DNA of 64,000 nt from Candidatus Cloacimonadales bacterium (GTDB taxonomy: Bacteria > Cloacimonadota > Cloacimonadia > Cloacimonadales > JAIOQZ01). Positions within the stretch are counted from its first letter, which is position 1; each line of letters begins with the position of its first letter. Positions 48,727 through 58,561 of this stretch are shown one piece after another. A program made the translations under genes and the position numbers. The notes under the pieces were generated by a model. The model ran no database searches. It saw only the letters and a program-made list of their open reading frames with translations, and had not been told where the DNA came from. The stretch is taken from positions 3,008,001 through 3,072,000 of the forward strand of contig CAXXTU010000002.1 of assembly GCA_963662655.2 (NCBI GenBank), given 5' to 3'.

Positions 48727-50717
48727 CTATTTCAGAAGCAGCATCTTGTTGATTTTCTTGTATGATTCGGTTTCAAGGCGGTAGAAATAGATACCAGAAC
48801 CAACAGGATTGTCGTTGTTATCGGTCCCGCTCCATTCAAGTTTATAAGATCCTGTGCTGAACGCAGGGTAGTTCTTTACAACCTGGCCAAGTACGTTGTA
48901 GATAGTGAGTTTGGCAGTTTCTTGCTTAGCAACCGAGAACTTGATGGTGGTTTTCGGGTTGAAAGGATTCGGGTAAGCGTCGCTGAGAACCGTGAATTCG
49001 GGAATAGTCGGAACTGGCTCGGGGATGGTAACGGCAACAGGGCCATAGATTGCTGCATATCCATTGTTTTCGATTGCCTGAATCCAGTAGTAGTAGTCGC
49101 CGGAATAAACGCTGTTATCGACTACTTCGTATGTTGCTGAGCTACTCTGATTACCAGCAGGGATGATGCTATCGTTCATGAAGGTTGCTGTATAGAAATT
49201 ATCTTCCTGACTGCGAAGAATGTTATAACCCATCATGTCCGATTCGGATTCTGTTACCCACTTGAGAAGAACACTCCCTTCTGACGGGTTAAATGAAGCA
49301 TGCAATGATCGGAAAAAGAAGTTCAACGTCATTTCGTGCGCGATGATCTCGATATCGCCACCTGTTCGCGATAACAAATTGAGGCCGGTTATGCTAATAA
49401 TGCCCGTGACGTCATTATAGTTCCAGGCTGCTGGAGATGTGAACTCCTGCCAGGTATCCCCTTCATTGTGGTAGAACAAATCGGTAATCGTGAAACCGGG
49501 TCCTACATCGAGCTCAATCGTTCCGTTCAAGTTTGACGGATCCCCAGCGTCGATGTCCAATCCAAACAGGAAAGAGGTGATCACAAGCGGTAGGCCGGGG
49601 CTCCCGAGCTCGTAAAGCTTTTCAGGGTCCAAAGTAAAATCCACAATTACAAGTGACGCTACGCCGGCAATCGGATCGATACGTACCTGCAAGGATGGTA
49701 GATTAATTACAACGGGGTCGGTTCCATTGCAGAAACCGGCATTTTGTTCGGCGTTTTCTCCCTCAGCGTACGTATGGAAACTCCAGATGAGAGGATCACC
49801 GGATGCACGTGATGCAATCCGAGATTCTTGGGAAGCAGGCGGTGAATAGCAAGGAGTGACTTTTGCATAGTAAGTCGTACTTTGTAACAACGCTGTGGGT
49901 ATCTCAGCCACCGTAACGGAAACTTCAATGCTGTCGATAAATGGAGATGCGAATTCTGCGTTATCGGCGAGTGTAACAATGTAACTTGTGGGTGCAACGC
50001 CAGATTCCGGAGCCTCCCACCAGAGGCATGGAAGGTCAAACGAAACTCCTGTCGCTCCGTCAGAAGGATACGGGTTGATCGGTGCATCCGGCGCCCACAC
50101 GGACACGCTGAACACAAAATCATTGTAACTCTGATCGATTGATTCGACATAGAAGAATTCCGGATCGAAGCAATAACCCTCTTTTGAAGGAGTTATTGTA
50201 ACCTCATCTCCATCGACAACGGTAAACAACCAATCCCCATTTACATCTGTAGTCAGACTCGAAGGCTCGGTGTTTGTACCCGTGAACATAACGCCGGCCT
50301 TGCCAATATTTCCACTGACCGTAAGTGGACCATAGCTATTGAGGATGATGTTTCCAATGTTGGTATTTGCACCCGCCTCGAGTATCCAGCTTCCTGATAA
50401 ATCCTGAGACGTAACATTGTCGATAAAATGAATGTTGAACATATCCCCGGGAAGCTCATTTCCACGAAAGACAAAGGAATTGTAAATGCGCCGTTAGCCT
50501 CGATATTGTACACAGATCCTACGGCTGTATCTTCTTGATCTGGATAATTGAAGAAGTAATGTTGAATATCGCCGTCCTTCCATATTTCCCAACCCGGGTT
50601 TTCCGGGTGCGAAAAAGCATCTGCAAGATACAATTGCCCGGATATCGTATCAACTGATTGGGCGAATGAAACGCTAATTGCTATAATAAACAGAGAAACG
50701 AAAATTGACCTTTTCAT
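48727..50717 (-). pseudogene. frameshifted paralog of the CTD surface protein at 50882-52924 (about 663 aa if repaired)
   Basis: The signal-peptide ORF from ATG 50717 aligns with the paralog N-terminus up to FTIPLSF. Homology then continues in the -1 frame (DMFNIHFIDN...KINKMLLLK). The shift lies near 50440-50465. Confidence 0.8.
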
Positions 50718-50834
50718 CAAAGACTCCCTTGCAAATGGTTGGGGATATTTTGATAGCAATAACGAGAGACAAAGTTAAGTAAAGATGTAGTGATAAACAG
50801 GTTGCATGTCAAGATAAATAATTTAAGAAAAACA

Positions 50835-50862
50835 AAAAAAGGCTGGCAAAAAGCCAGCCTTT
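50835..50862 (-). terminator. intrinsic terminator
   Basis: AAAGGCTGGC-tttt-TGCCAGCCTTTTTTT on the minus strand. Confidence 0.8.
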
Positions 50863-50881
50863 AATAATGAAGCCGTCTGAA

Positions 50882-52924
50882 TTATTTCAGAAGCAGCATC
50901 TTGTTGATTTTCTTGTAGGATTCGGTTTCAAGGCGGTAGAAATAGATACCAGAACCAACAGGATTGTTGTTGTTATCGATTCCGTGCCATTCTGCTGTGT
51001 GGTTACCTTCATTGTAGGTTGGGTAGGTCTTTACAACCTGGCCAAGTACGTTGTAGATGGTAAGTTTAGCAGTTTCATCCTTAGCAACCGAGAACTTGAT
51101 GGTGGTTTTCGGGTTGAAAGGATTCGGGTAAGCGTTGCTGAGAACCGTGAATTCAGGAATATCGGAAGCTGGGTCGGTAACGGTAACGGTAACAGGACCG
51201 TGGAAACCGGTAAGACCACCGTTTTCGATTGCCTGGATCCAGTAGTAGTAGTCGCCAGGTTCTACTTCATTATCGAGTTCTTCGTAAGTTGTAGTAGAGC
51301 TCTGGTTGAGAGCCTGGATAAGCTCCTGGTTGATCGGGGTAGCTGTGTTGACATCGTTTTCCTGGCTACGAAGAACGTTGTAACCAATCATATCTGATTC
51401 GGACTGAGTTACCCAAGTCAGAAGAACATTGCCATCAACCTGATTGAAGGTTGCGTGGAATGACTGGAAGGTAACAGGCAGTGTGATGTCATGAGCTGCG
51501 ATTTCTATGTCGCCACCGGTACGGGTTGAAAGATTCAGTCCCGTGATGGTGATGATACCGGTAACATCGTCATACGACCAGCTTGCTGGAGCAAGGAATT
51601 CTTCCCATGCGCCATCGTTGTGGTAGAACAGGTCGGTAATTGTGAGGCCTGGGCCAACATTGAGTTCGATGGTTCCGTTCAGGTTTGAAGGATCGCCAGC
51701 GTTGATGTTGAAACCAAACAGGAAGGTTGTTCCTGGAAGCGGAAGAGCTGGTGCACCAAATCCAAGAAGGGTTGCTTCGTCGGTTGTGTAGTCAACTAAG
51801 ACAACTGCTGTAACGCCAGCGATAGGATCGATGATCACAGTTACGCCAGGAAGGTTGATGGTTACAGGATCCGTACCGTTGCAGTTTCCACCGTTATGAG
51901 AGGTGTTTTCACCTTCAGCGTATGTTGTAAAGTTCCATACAAGAGCTTCACCCGCATCGCGGTCTTTGCTTGATTTGCTGAGCGTACGAAGGGTTGCAGC
52001 TTTCTTGAGGCCCATTGCAGCGCGTGCTGGTGGTGCGTAGAAAGGAACAACCTGTGCAAAGTATCCCATACCCATTGTAAGTTCAACAGGTACTTCTACC
52101 ATTGTATCAAGAACTTCGAGGTTATCGATGATAGGAGATTCGAAGGTTGGGTTGTCAGCAAATGTTACAAAGTAACTTGTTGGAGCAACACCAGCTTCTG
52201 GAGCATCCCACCAGAGGTAAGGAAGATCAGTAGCGATACCAGTTGCGCCGTTAGCTGGATAAGGGTTCATCGGCATATTCGGTGTCCACTGGTCAGCTGT
52301 GAATACGTAGCCGATGTAATCCTGATCGATAGCTGCTGTATAGAAGAATTCAGGATCGAAAGAGTATCCTTCTTTAGCAGGGGTAATGGTTACTTCAGCG
52401 CCTTCTGCAGCGGTAAATGACCAGTCACCTGTTTCAGTGGTTGTCAAAGTAGCTGGATCGGTATTCACGCCGGTGAATTCGACGCCAGCCATTCCAATGT
52501 TACCGCTGATGGTGTAATTGGTAGGGCCTGAGGTTCCGAAAAGGATGTCACCGAGAAGAGTCTGGTCACCACCACCTCTTGCGAAAGAACCGGTATAGAT
52601 CAAGCCCGTATCGTTGTCGATAAGAGAGTAATCAAATGGCTGAGTTGCGTAGTTAACGGTAAAGACAGACAATTGAATCTGGAAATAACCGGAAACAGCT
52701 TCGTGGAAGCTACCATTGGCAGTATCGGTCTGGCCAGGCCAGTTGTAGTAGTAAGGTCCCATTGCGAAAGGAACCGTGGTTGAAACCTGGATACCGATAT
52801 TCTCATGAGGTGTTGTACCATCTTCATAGTAGAAATATCCCCAAGCTGAATGCGGAGTACCAGGTTGTGCAAACATTAAGCTCGCGATAAAAAGTAGAGA
52901 TATAAGTCCTAATGCTTTCTTCAT
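50882..52924 (-). CDS. secreted surface protein with a FlgD-Ig/T9SS-type CTD (680 aa)
   Basis: Signal peptide MKKALG...MFA/Q; TLPVTFQSF; AYPNPFNP...GIYFYRL...KMLLLK. Confidence 0.88.
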   Translation of the reverse strand: MKKALGLISLLFIASLMFAQPGTPHSAWGYFYYEDGTTPHENIGIQVSTTVPFAMGPYYYNWPGQTDTANGSFHEAVSGYFQIQLSVFTVNYATQPFDYSLIDNDTGLIYTGSFARGGGDQTLLGDILFGTSGPTNYTISGNIGMAGVEFTGVNTDPATLTTTETGDWSFTAAEGAEVTITPAKEGYSFDPEFFYTAAIDQDYIGYVFTADQWTPNMPMNPYPANGATGIATDLPYLWWDAPEAGVAPTSYFVTFADNPTFESPIIDNLEVLDTMVEVPVELTMGMGYFAQVVPFYAPPARAAMGLKKAATLRTLSKSSKDRDAGEALVWNFTTYAEGENTSHNGGNCNGTDPVTINLPGVTVIIDPIAGVTAVVLVDYTTDEATLLGFGAPALPLPGTTFLFGFNINAGDPSNLNGTIELNVGPGLTITDLFYHNDGAWEEFLAPASWSYDDVTGIITITGLNLSTRTGGDIEIAAHDITLPVTFQSFHATFNQVDGNVLLTWVTQSESDMIGYNVLRSQENDVNTATPINQELIQALNQSSTTTYEELDNEVEPGDYYYWIQAIENGGLTGFHGPVTVTVTDPASDIPEFTVLSNAYPNPFNPKTTIKFSVAKDETAKLTIYNVLGQVVKTYPTYNEGNHTAEWHGIDNNNNPVGSGIYFYRLETESYKKINKMLLLK

Positions 52925-52939
52925 GACTTACTCCTTGTA

Positions 52940-53587
52940 TTATTGTTTCTTTGAATTTGATTTTGAAGTAACATTGGCTTCGTTGCGAGTTGCAGTACGA
53001 ACAGTACCATTCCAGCCAAGATACTCGGTGGTTGAATTGATGAGGATACCTTGGCCGATCTCAACACTGAAGTCACCAGGATTACCAACTATGTACTGTT
53101 GCCAGCCACCATTCCAAGCGGAAATACTGGTAACATCTGGACCAATGTCTGCCGCAAGCAAGCTAGCAAGGTTCAAGTCGCTACAATCGAGAGGCAGCAT
53201 AATCTGAGTGAAGTTGCCACCAACGATGTCGAAACTTGCGGGTGTTCCAACTGTTCCTTCAATGTACCAGGTTACAGGGCTGGAGACATTTGCATTCTTA
53301 ACAAGATAAGAATGATCAGCATAAACATCAAATACTCCTGGGTTGCCAACGAGCCACTGGTGCCAGCCGTTATCCCAGTAAGAAATGGAAGAGATGTCGG
53401 TTCCCATGTCTGTAGCAAGGTCACTAGCGTCAACCATCGTAGTTCCGAAAGGAAGTGCAACAAAGCCATAGTTGTTTGTTGCAACAGTGTACTGAATGTA
53501 CCCAACGACATCGCTTGGTTCTGACTCCAAAGCGAAAAGCATGGAAATACCGAAAAGTACGAGTAACGGTAAGATAACTCTTTTCAT
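52940..53587 (-). CDS. secreted hypothetical protein with a two-fold internal repeat and no CTD (215 aa)
   Basis: ATG 53587 after a GGGGA RBS; signal peptide ...MLFA/LESEPSDVVGY; repeats ASDLATDMGTDISSISYWDNGWHQWLVGNPG / ASLLAADIGPDVTSISAWNGGWQQYIVGNPG. Confidence 0.85.
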   Translation of the reverse strand: MKRVILPLLVLFGISMLFALESEPSDVVGYIQYTVATNNYGFVALPFGTTMVDASDLATDMGTDISSISYWDNGWHQWLVGNPGVFDVYADHSYLVKNANVSSPVTWYIEGTVGTPASFDIVGGNFTQIMLPLDCSDLNLASLLAADIGPDVTSISAWNGGWQQYIVGNPGDFSVEIGQGILINSTTEYLGWNGTVRTATRNEANVTSKSNSKKQ

Positions 53588-53692
53588 TCGTTCCCCCTTA
53601 CAGGTTTTATTTTTTTTGTCAGTATTAATTTCCCCATTTATTGCCGTCATTATTTTGTTTCTCATTTCAACCTTGTCAATCTTTTTTTATTT

Positions 53693-53723
53693 TGTGGTCG
53701 GCTGAAATATTCAGCCGACCACA
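53693..53723. repeat. perfect 14-bp inverted repeat
   Basis: TGTGGTCGGCTGAA-ata-TTCAGCCGACCACA; no U-tract 3' of it on either strand. Confidence 0.85.
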
Positions 53724-53732
53724 TAAATGACG

Positions 53733-56700
53733 TTATTTCTTGAAGTTCTCTTCTTGTTCAACTTCTACGCGACGTGTCTGGTTTCTGACAGGATCAGGTT
53801 TAACCATGGTGATCGCGAAGAACTTCTTCGTTCCGAGAGGTTCAGTGTATTCGGTAGCTGTCGTGTTCGTTTCAAGCGTCCATGTTGTTGGGGCTGCAAA
53901 CGGATCTGTGCTGCTATAGACATTATAGCTTTCAGCGCCAGCTACTGCATCCCAGTCGAGCATGTAGTTCACGCCATCATCAGAATGGGTGAAGTTCAAC
54001 GGAGTGTAGTAGAACATAATCGCCAGGTTTTCACAGAGGCGGTTCTCGTTGTATTCGTAAAGGACACCGTCTGTGCCGGATCCATTTTGGATACCAACAG
54101 TAGTGCTGTTCATTTCAATGTCATCTTCAAACAACATGTATTGGAACTTGATGTTCCCATTGCTGTAAAGAATAACCTGAGCTGTCAAGTCACCGATGCC
54201 ATTGAGTTGATGGTAATTCTGCATGGTGAATACCAGAGCATCCATTCCATCAACAGCCATGGTTTCGTAGTAAATATGAACTTCTTCATCGCCTTCATGA
54301 TCATCCGGATCGAGATCGTTCCAGAACCACGCAATCATTTCATTATGACTTGTGTAGGGGATATTATAGTTCGTATAAGAAACCTGTGATCCATCAAAAT
54401 TGAGCACGCCGTTGGCGCAGAAATAGATGGAGTCATGTTTTACACCGTAAAACTCGAAATCGAAGCCAATTGGGTAAGGCCCAATCTCTGCATCATCAGA
54501 AGGAAGTGGCAGGATTTCGGTTGGTGTGTTGTGAGTGACCCAGTTGTAGGACGGTCCGCCAGGAGCAAAGCTATTTGCCCATGTGTAGAAGAAGCCTATG
54601 CCTTCGCCATCCCAAGGAAGAGCGTTTGTTGTGATTTCATGTTCTGAGAACTTCGTCCCATCGCCCTGAGATGTCACGGTCAGAGTTGCCATGTCGGTTT
54701 CTCCGGCAAGGCCATCAATGGTAACCTGTACTTCAGCATCGTAAGTGTCGCCAGAAGCTACTGTTACGCTAGGGGCATCGACCCACACCGAGGTCCAGGC
54801 ATTGCCTGTAAGCGTAAGGTTGTAGGTATCTGCTACGCCGCCAGTATTGTTGATCGATACTGTATAAGTTACTGTTTCACCGGGGAAAGAGCTCTGTTCT
54901 TCTAAGTCGATTGTCGTTTCGAAGTCAAAGTTTGCGACAGCTTCAGTTGTCATCTCGGTTTCTGCCATACGCGTGTTGTCGCCCTGAGAGGTTACCGTCA
55001 CGGTAACGGCATCGATATCACCAGGTTCTGCTGTGCCAGGAACCGCAACCTTCACATAGATAGTGACGGCGGTACCTGAGGCGACAACGCCAGTATCGGT
55101 AATCTGGCTACGAGTGCCTCCGGAAGTATTCCAGAAGGTTACATCCCATGTGTTGTCTGTCGCTGCGAGATCGTAGGTATCGGACATCGATCCGCCATTA
55201 AAGATTTCCACTGGGTAGATTGCGTCTTCGCCAATGATAGCGGAACCGCTCTGAGGAGCTGTAAGGATACTAACAAGGTAATCCGGAGCTTCATTGATTT
55301 CAACGTTATCGACACCGATTCCGTAGCCATATTCTGATAAGCCGTTGAATGCGATCCAGTATGTGCTTGTCGGGTTGGGAAGAGCTATTTCAGCAAGTTC
55401 CCAATCGGTTATATTTTCAGTCCATTCCGTAATCATCGTCCAGTCGCCGCCCTCTGCGTTTTTATACCAGACAGAGAGAACATCCTGATCGCTTCCCCAT
55501 GCATACTGTGTGTGATAGAAAGAAAGGAATGGCTGGGAAAGTGTGGTTAAATCGAACATCGGCGTAACAAGCTTGGTCTCATCGGAGGTATAGTTACCCG
55601 AGTAGAAAGACGCGTTATAGTTGCCTTCATATGTGTGGTTGGGATAGTTATGGTTTGTGCCGTAGCAACCAACCTGGAATTTCCAGTCAATTACATCGTT
55701 TACGTATTCCTGGGACCAGCCGGCAGGAAGCGTTCCCGATTCGAAGCCCTGAGTGTATGGAAGGCTGAGGTCTTCAACTTCTGGTCCTGTGAGTTCGCCG
55801 GTTTCCGGGAATCGAAGATTGCCCATGTCGGTAGTGGCTGTGAAGTAGTATGTATGCTGTCCTGCGGTAAGAGAACCGGTGCGTACATAGGTTCCATCAC
55901 CAGGATTGCCGCTGCCGAGGGACATGGACGAACCAAAGCTATTTCCGTCGATGTGAACGTAAATATGAGTTGGAGCTGTACCCGTCGGGTGCCAGTAGTT
56001 CACGGACCATTCATAGGCGTCGGATTCAAGGCCCAATTCCGGAGTTACCGATCCCGCACTGAGGACTGGTGATGCCGGCGGAACGATGAGGTCGGCGCCG
56101 ATATCCCATGGGGTTACACGAGAGTCGCCATCGATGTCGTCTGCGAACCATGCGCCAACGTTAGTTCCGGCCTGGTAAGCTGGAGATGCACCCGCGTTGA
56201 CGTTGCTGATATGCAGGTCGTTGTTGGCGGCATCATCATAATATGGATCGCCTTCAAGACTGTTTGCATCCTGGCCATTCGCTGCTGTCCAGTCTGCAAG
56301 CGTCGTGTACGATACGTAATCAGCCAAGCCTGAATCATAGCACATAACAAGCGGAGAGCCGTCACCATTATTGAAGAACACGTTGTTGTCGATGATGGTG
56401 CTAGCATGAGTTGTCCAGTCCTGGTCAACAAAGAGAACACCATAATTGGTAACGGTTGTATCGTCACGATAAAGAATGTTATTCTTGAGTTCCACATCGG
56501 AGTTCGATATGGTTACGCACATTGCAAAGCTTCCGTTATCCAGAATTTCGAATATGGAGTTGTTCCATGCCATCATGTTAGCGCCAACTCCGCAATCATA
56601 GAAACCGATACCTTGTGTACGGTTGTTCGATGAGAAGTTGTTCCAGATTTGGCAGTTCGTAGATTCTGCGAAGCCGAAGCCTACCCAGTTGTTTGCATAA

Positions 56701-58136
56701 GAAACGCAATTGCTCACCCAAACGTTGTCGGAAAGCTCAACGCGGATACCGCCCTGATAACCGTCGGTCAAGTGGATGCCATCGAACCAGACGTTGCCTG
56801 AGTTATAGACATAAATCGAAGACCAATCAGCCCAAGCGCCGCCATCAACGATAACATCACCGCTTTGTGGATAGAAGTGTACCATAGCAGTTGGGGAAGA
56901 TCCGTAAATGGGGTTATCAAGCGTTGCCTCTTCCACGTATGTGCCGGCAGTAACTTCAACGTTCACATTTCCATCGATACCGCGCAGTATCAGATCATCG
57001 AAGCAATCCTGGAATGTTGTATAGTCTCCACCGCCAGCAGCGTCAATAACCAACGTACCGCTAAGTGGCGCATATACTTCGGGAAGAGCAACCGGTGTTT
57101 CAGGAGCTGTATCTGGGAAGTAGATGGTGCTGCTACCGGAGACAAATTCGAAGTAGTAGTTGTGCGATCCAACCGGAAGCGTGGTTGTATAAGTAAAGGT
57201 TTGCCAATCCATGTAGTCCGGAGTTCCTTCCGGTGGTGTCATGGCATACGGTGAACCGTCGATCACAACGTTGTAAGCTGTTGGTGCATTGCCAGCGGGA
57301 TCAGCGTAAGCTACCGTATAGGTAAATTCTGTTGCTGCGTTTCCTTCCTCCAGGTCAATCGCGCCGCTAGTCAGAGCGGGTTCTGTGATGGGTGGGTTGT
57401 AGCTGATTGTAAGGTACGGCGGGTTTGTTTCATTCCAGCCTTCGAAAAGGATGTAATAGGTCGTGCCGATGTCGCGGCCCCACATACCCATTGCGATCCA
57501 TCCCTGAGCTACGCAAGCCTCCGTGTCTTCCAGGATGGTACCTGTGAGGACATGGGATACCCAGTCGTTGGGGATGGTTGCCGTTTCATTCTGGTAAAGA
57601 TAGTAGCCAGCAGCGGCTTCTGCCTGCATATCGGCATACAAGTCCGCTTCAGATGCTGTGAGCGGATCGACGGTGACGGGGGTTAATGACCAGTAAGCCC
57701 AGTTGTTTTGGTATACAAATCCGTTGAACTCAACCTGTGTAATGGTTGAGCCGGCTGGAATACCGGAAAGATCAAACATAAAGTAGCCCTGTTCAGCCCC
57801 TGGGCCCCATCCGTTTACCAGGCTTGACTGGGTGCGGGTGGTTCCATCGGTAGTACCTGTCCAGTTCGCAACAGACTGCGGTCCGCAGATCACATCGTCG
57901 CGTGTACCGATAGCTGGAGCGATTACTACATTTTGTTGCGCTGCATTCAAAGTAGCGCGTTCTTCTGACGTTGCAACACCGGCAACCACGCGATCTTTCA
58001 TTTGTTGAAGCGTGTGCTGTGTTGGGTTAGCAATCCGACCATTCGGATTGTAGGACGTAACGGTTTTTGCCTGTACGGCCATCAGGGCCACAGACATCAC
58101 GAATAGAAACGCAATCAAGACAACTGTTTTTTTCAT
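53733..58136 (-). CDS. 1467-aa secreted multidomain adhesin-like protein (beta-helix, cleaved-adhesin/MAM-like, two NEW3-like Ig domains, C-terminal FN3-like), no CTD
   Basis: Signal peptide; parallel beta-helix repeats; TYDL...W...V.V.V.VP...G.......T.TSQGD twice; ends LDWDAVAGAESYNVYSSTDPF...FFAITMV. Confidence 0.85.
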   Translation of the reverse strand: MKKTVVLIAFLFVMSVALMAVQAKTVTSYNPNGRIANPTQHTLQQMKDRVVAGVATSEERATLNAAQQNVVIAPAIGTRDDVICGPQSVANWTGTTDGTTRTQSSLVNGWGPGAEQGYFMFDLSGIPAGSTITQVEFNGFVYQNNWAYWSLTPVTVDPLTASEADLYADMQAEAAAGYYLYQNETATIPNDWVSHVLTGTILEDTEACVAQGWIAMGMWGRDIGTTYYILFEGWNETNPPYLTISYNPPITEPALTSGAIDLEEGNAATEFTYTVAYADPAGNAPTAYNVVIDGSPYAMTPPEGTPDYMDWQTFTYTTTLPVGSHNYYFEFVSGSSTIYFPDTAPETPVALPEVYAPLSGTLVIDAAGGGDYTTFQDCFDDLILRGIDGNVNVEVTAGTYVEEATLDNPIYGSSPTAMVHFYPQSGDVIVDGGAWADWSSIYVYNSGNVWFDGIHLTDGYQGGIRVELSDNVWVSNCVSYANNWVGFGFAESTNCQIWNNFSSNNRTQGIGFYDCGVGANMMAWNNSIFEILDNGSFAMCVTISNSDVELKNNILYRDDTTVTNYGVLFVDQDWTTHASTIIDNNVFFNNGDGSPLVMCYDSGLADYVSYTTLADWTAANGQDANSLEGDPYYDDAANNDLHISNVNAGASPAYQAGTNVGAWFADDIDGDSRVTPWDIGADLIVPPASPVLSAGSVTPELGLESDAYEWSVNYWHPTGTAPTHIYVHIDGNSFGSSMSLGSGNPGDGTYVRTGSLTAGQHTYYFTATTDMGNLRFPETGELTGPEVEDLSLPYTQGFESGTLPAGWSQEYVNDVIDWKFQVGCYGTNHNYPNHTYEGNYNASFYSGNYTSDETKLVTPMFDLTTLSQPFLSFYHTQYAWGSDQDVLSVWYKNAEGGDWTMITEWTENITDWELAEIALPNPTSTYWIAFNGLSEYGYGIGVDNVEINEAPDYLVSILTAPQSGSAIIGEDAIYPVEIFNGGSMSDTYDLAATDNTWDVTFWNTSGGTRSQITDTGVVASGTAVTIYVKVAVPGTAEPGDIDAVTVTVTSQGDNTRMAETEMTTEAVANFDFETTIDLEEQSSFPGETVTYTVSINNTGGVADTYNLTLTGNAWTSVWVDAPSVTVASGDTYDAEVQVTIDGLAGETDMATLTVTSQGDGTKFSEHEITTNALPWDGEGIGFFYTWANSFAPGGPSYNWVTHNTPTEILPLPSDDAEIGPYPIGFDFEFYGVKHDSIYFCANGVLNFDGSQVSYTNYNIPYTSHNEMIAWFWNDLDPDDHEGDEEVHIYYETMAVDGMDALVFTMQNYHQLNGIGDLTAQVILYSNGNIKFQYMLFEDDIEMNSTTVGIQNGSGTDGVLYEYNENRLCENLAIMFYYTPLNFTHSDDGVNYMLDWDAVAGAESYNVYSSTDPFAAPTTWTLETNTTATEYTEPLGTKKFFAITMVKPDPVRNQTRRVEVEQEENFKK

Positions 58137-58510
58137 GTTTTCCTCCTTACGTATGCCTTTGCGTAAAATTAGAAATATTTTTCAGGTGATAATCGTGTAA
58201 AGCGCGCAGTGATACCACCTGATAAAAATCGCATTTTCAGGAAATTCGGGTTCTTAAATGAAATCGCAACGTTGTTTTCCGAGTGAAATTCTGAATCAAA
58301 TAACAAGGTGCTATATACTCCCCTCAAATTACTTACAAGGTTAAACGATTCACTTCATGCATCGTGCGGTATGCCAATCGCAGATACATTTATTACATCA
58401 TGCAGAATTTCAACACGTGCGGAGATTGTTGTCAAATTTTTTTTTTCCGGTATCGTTTTTTTTCAGGGACGGGGAATGCACGAATCCATAATCCTTATGT
58501 TTTTTAATGA

Positions 58511-58541
58511 TAAAGGGGAAGCGCCGAAACACTTCCCCTTT
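58511..58541 (-). terminator. intrinsic terminator
   Basis: AAAGGGGAAG-loop-CTTCCCCTTT just after the stop of 58562-62689. Confidence 0.7.
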
Positions 58542-58561
58542 GCTATTTCTTACCCGAAAGA

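Noticed and set aside
48680..51155. Near-identical repeat pair as a diversity-generating retroelement TR/VR
   Set aside because: Both copies are coding CTDs with terminators, mismatches are not adenine-specific, and no reverse transcriptase is present in the window.
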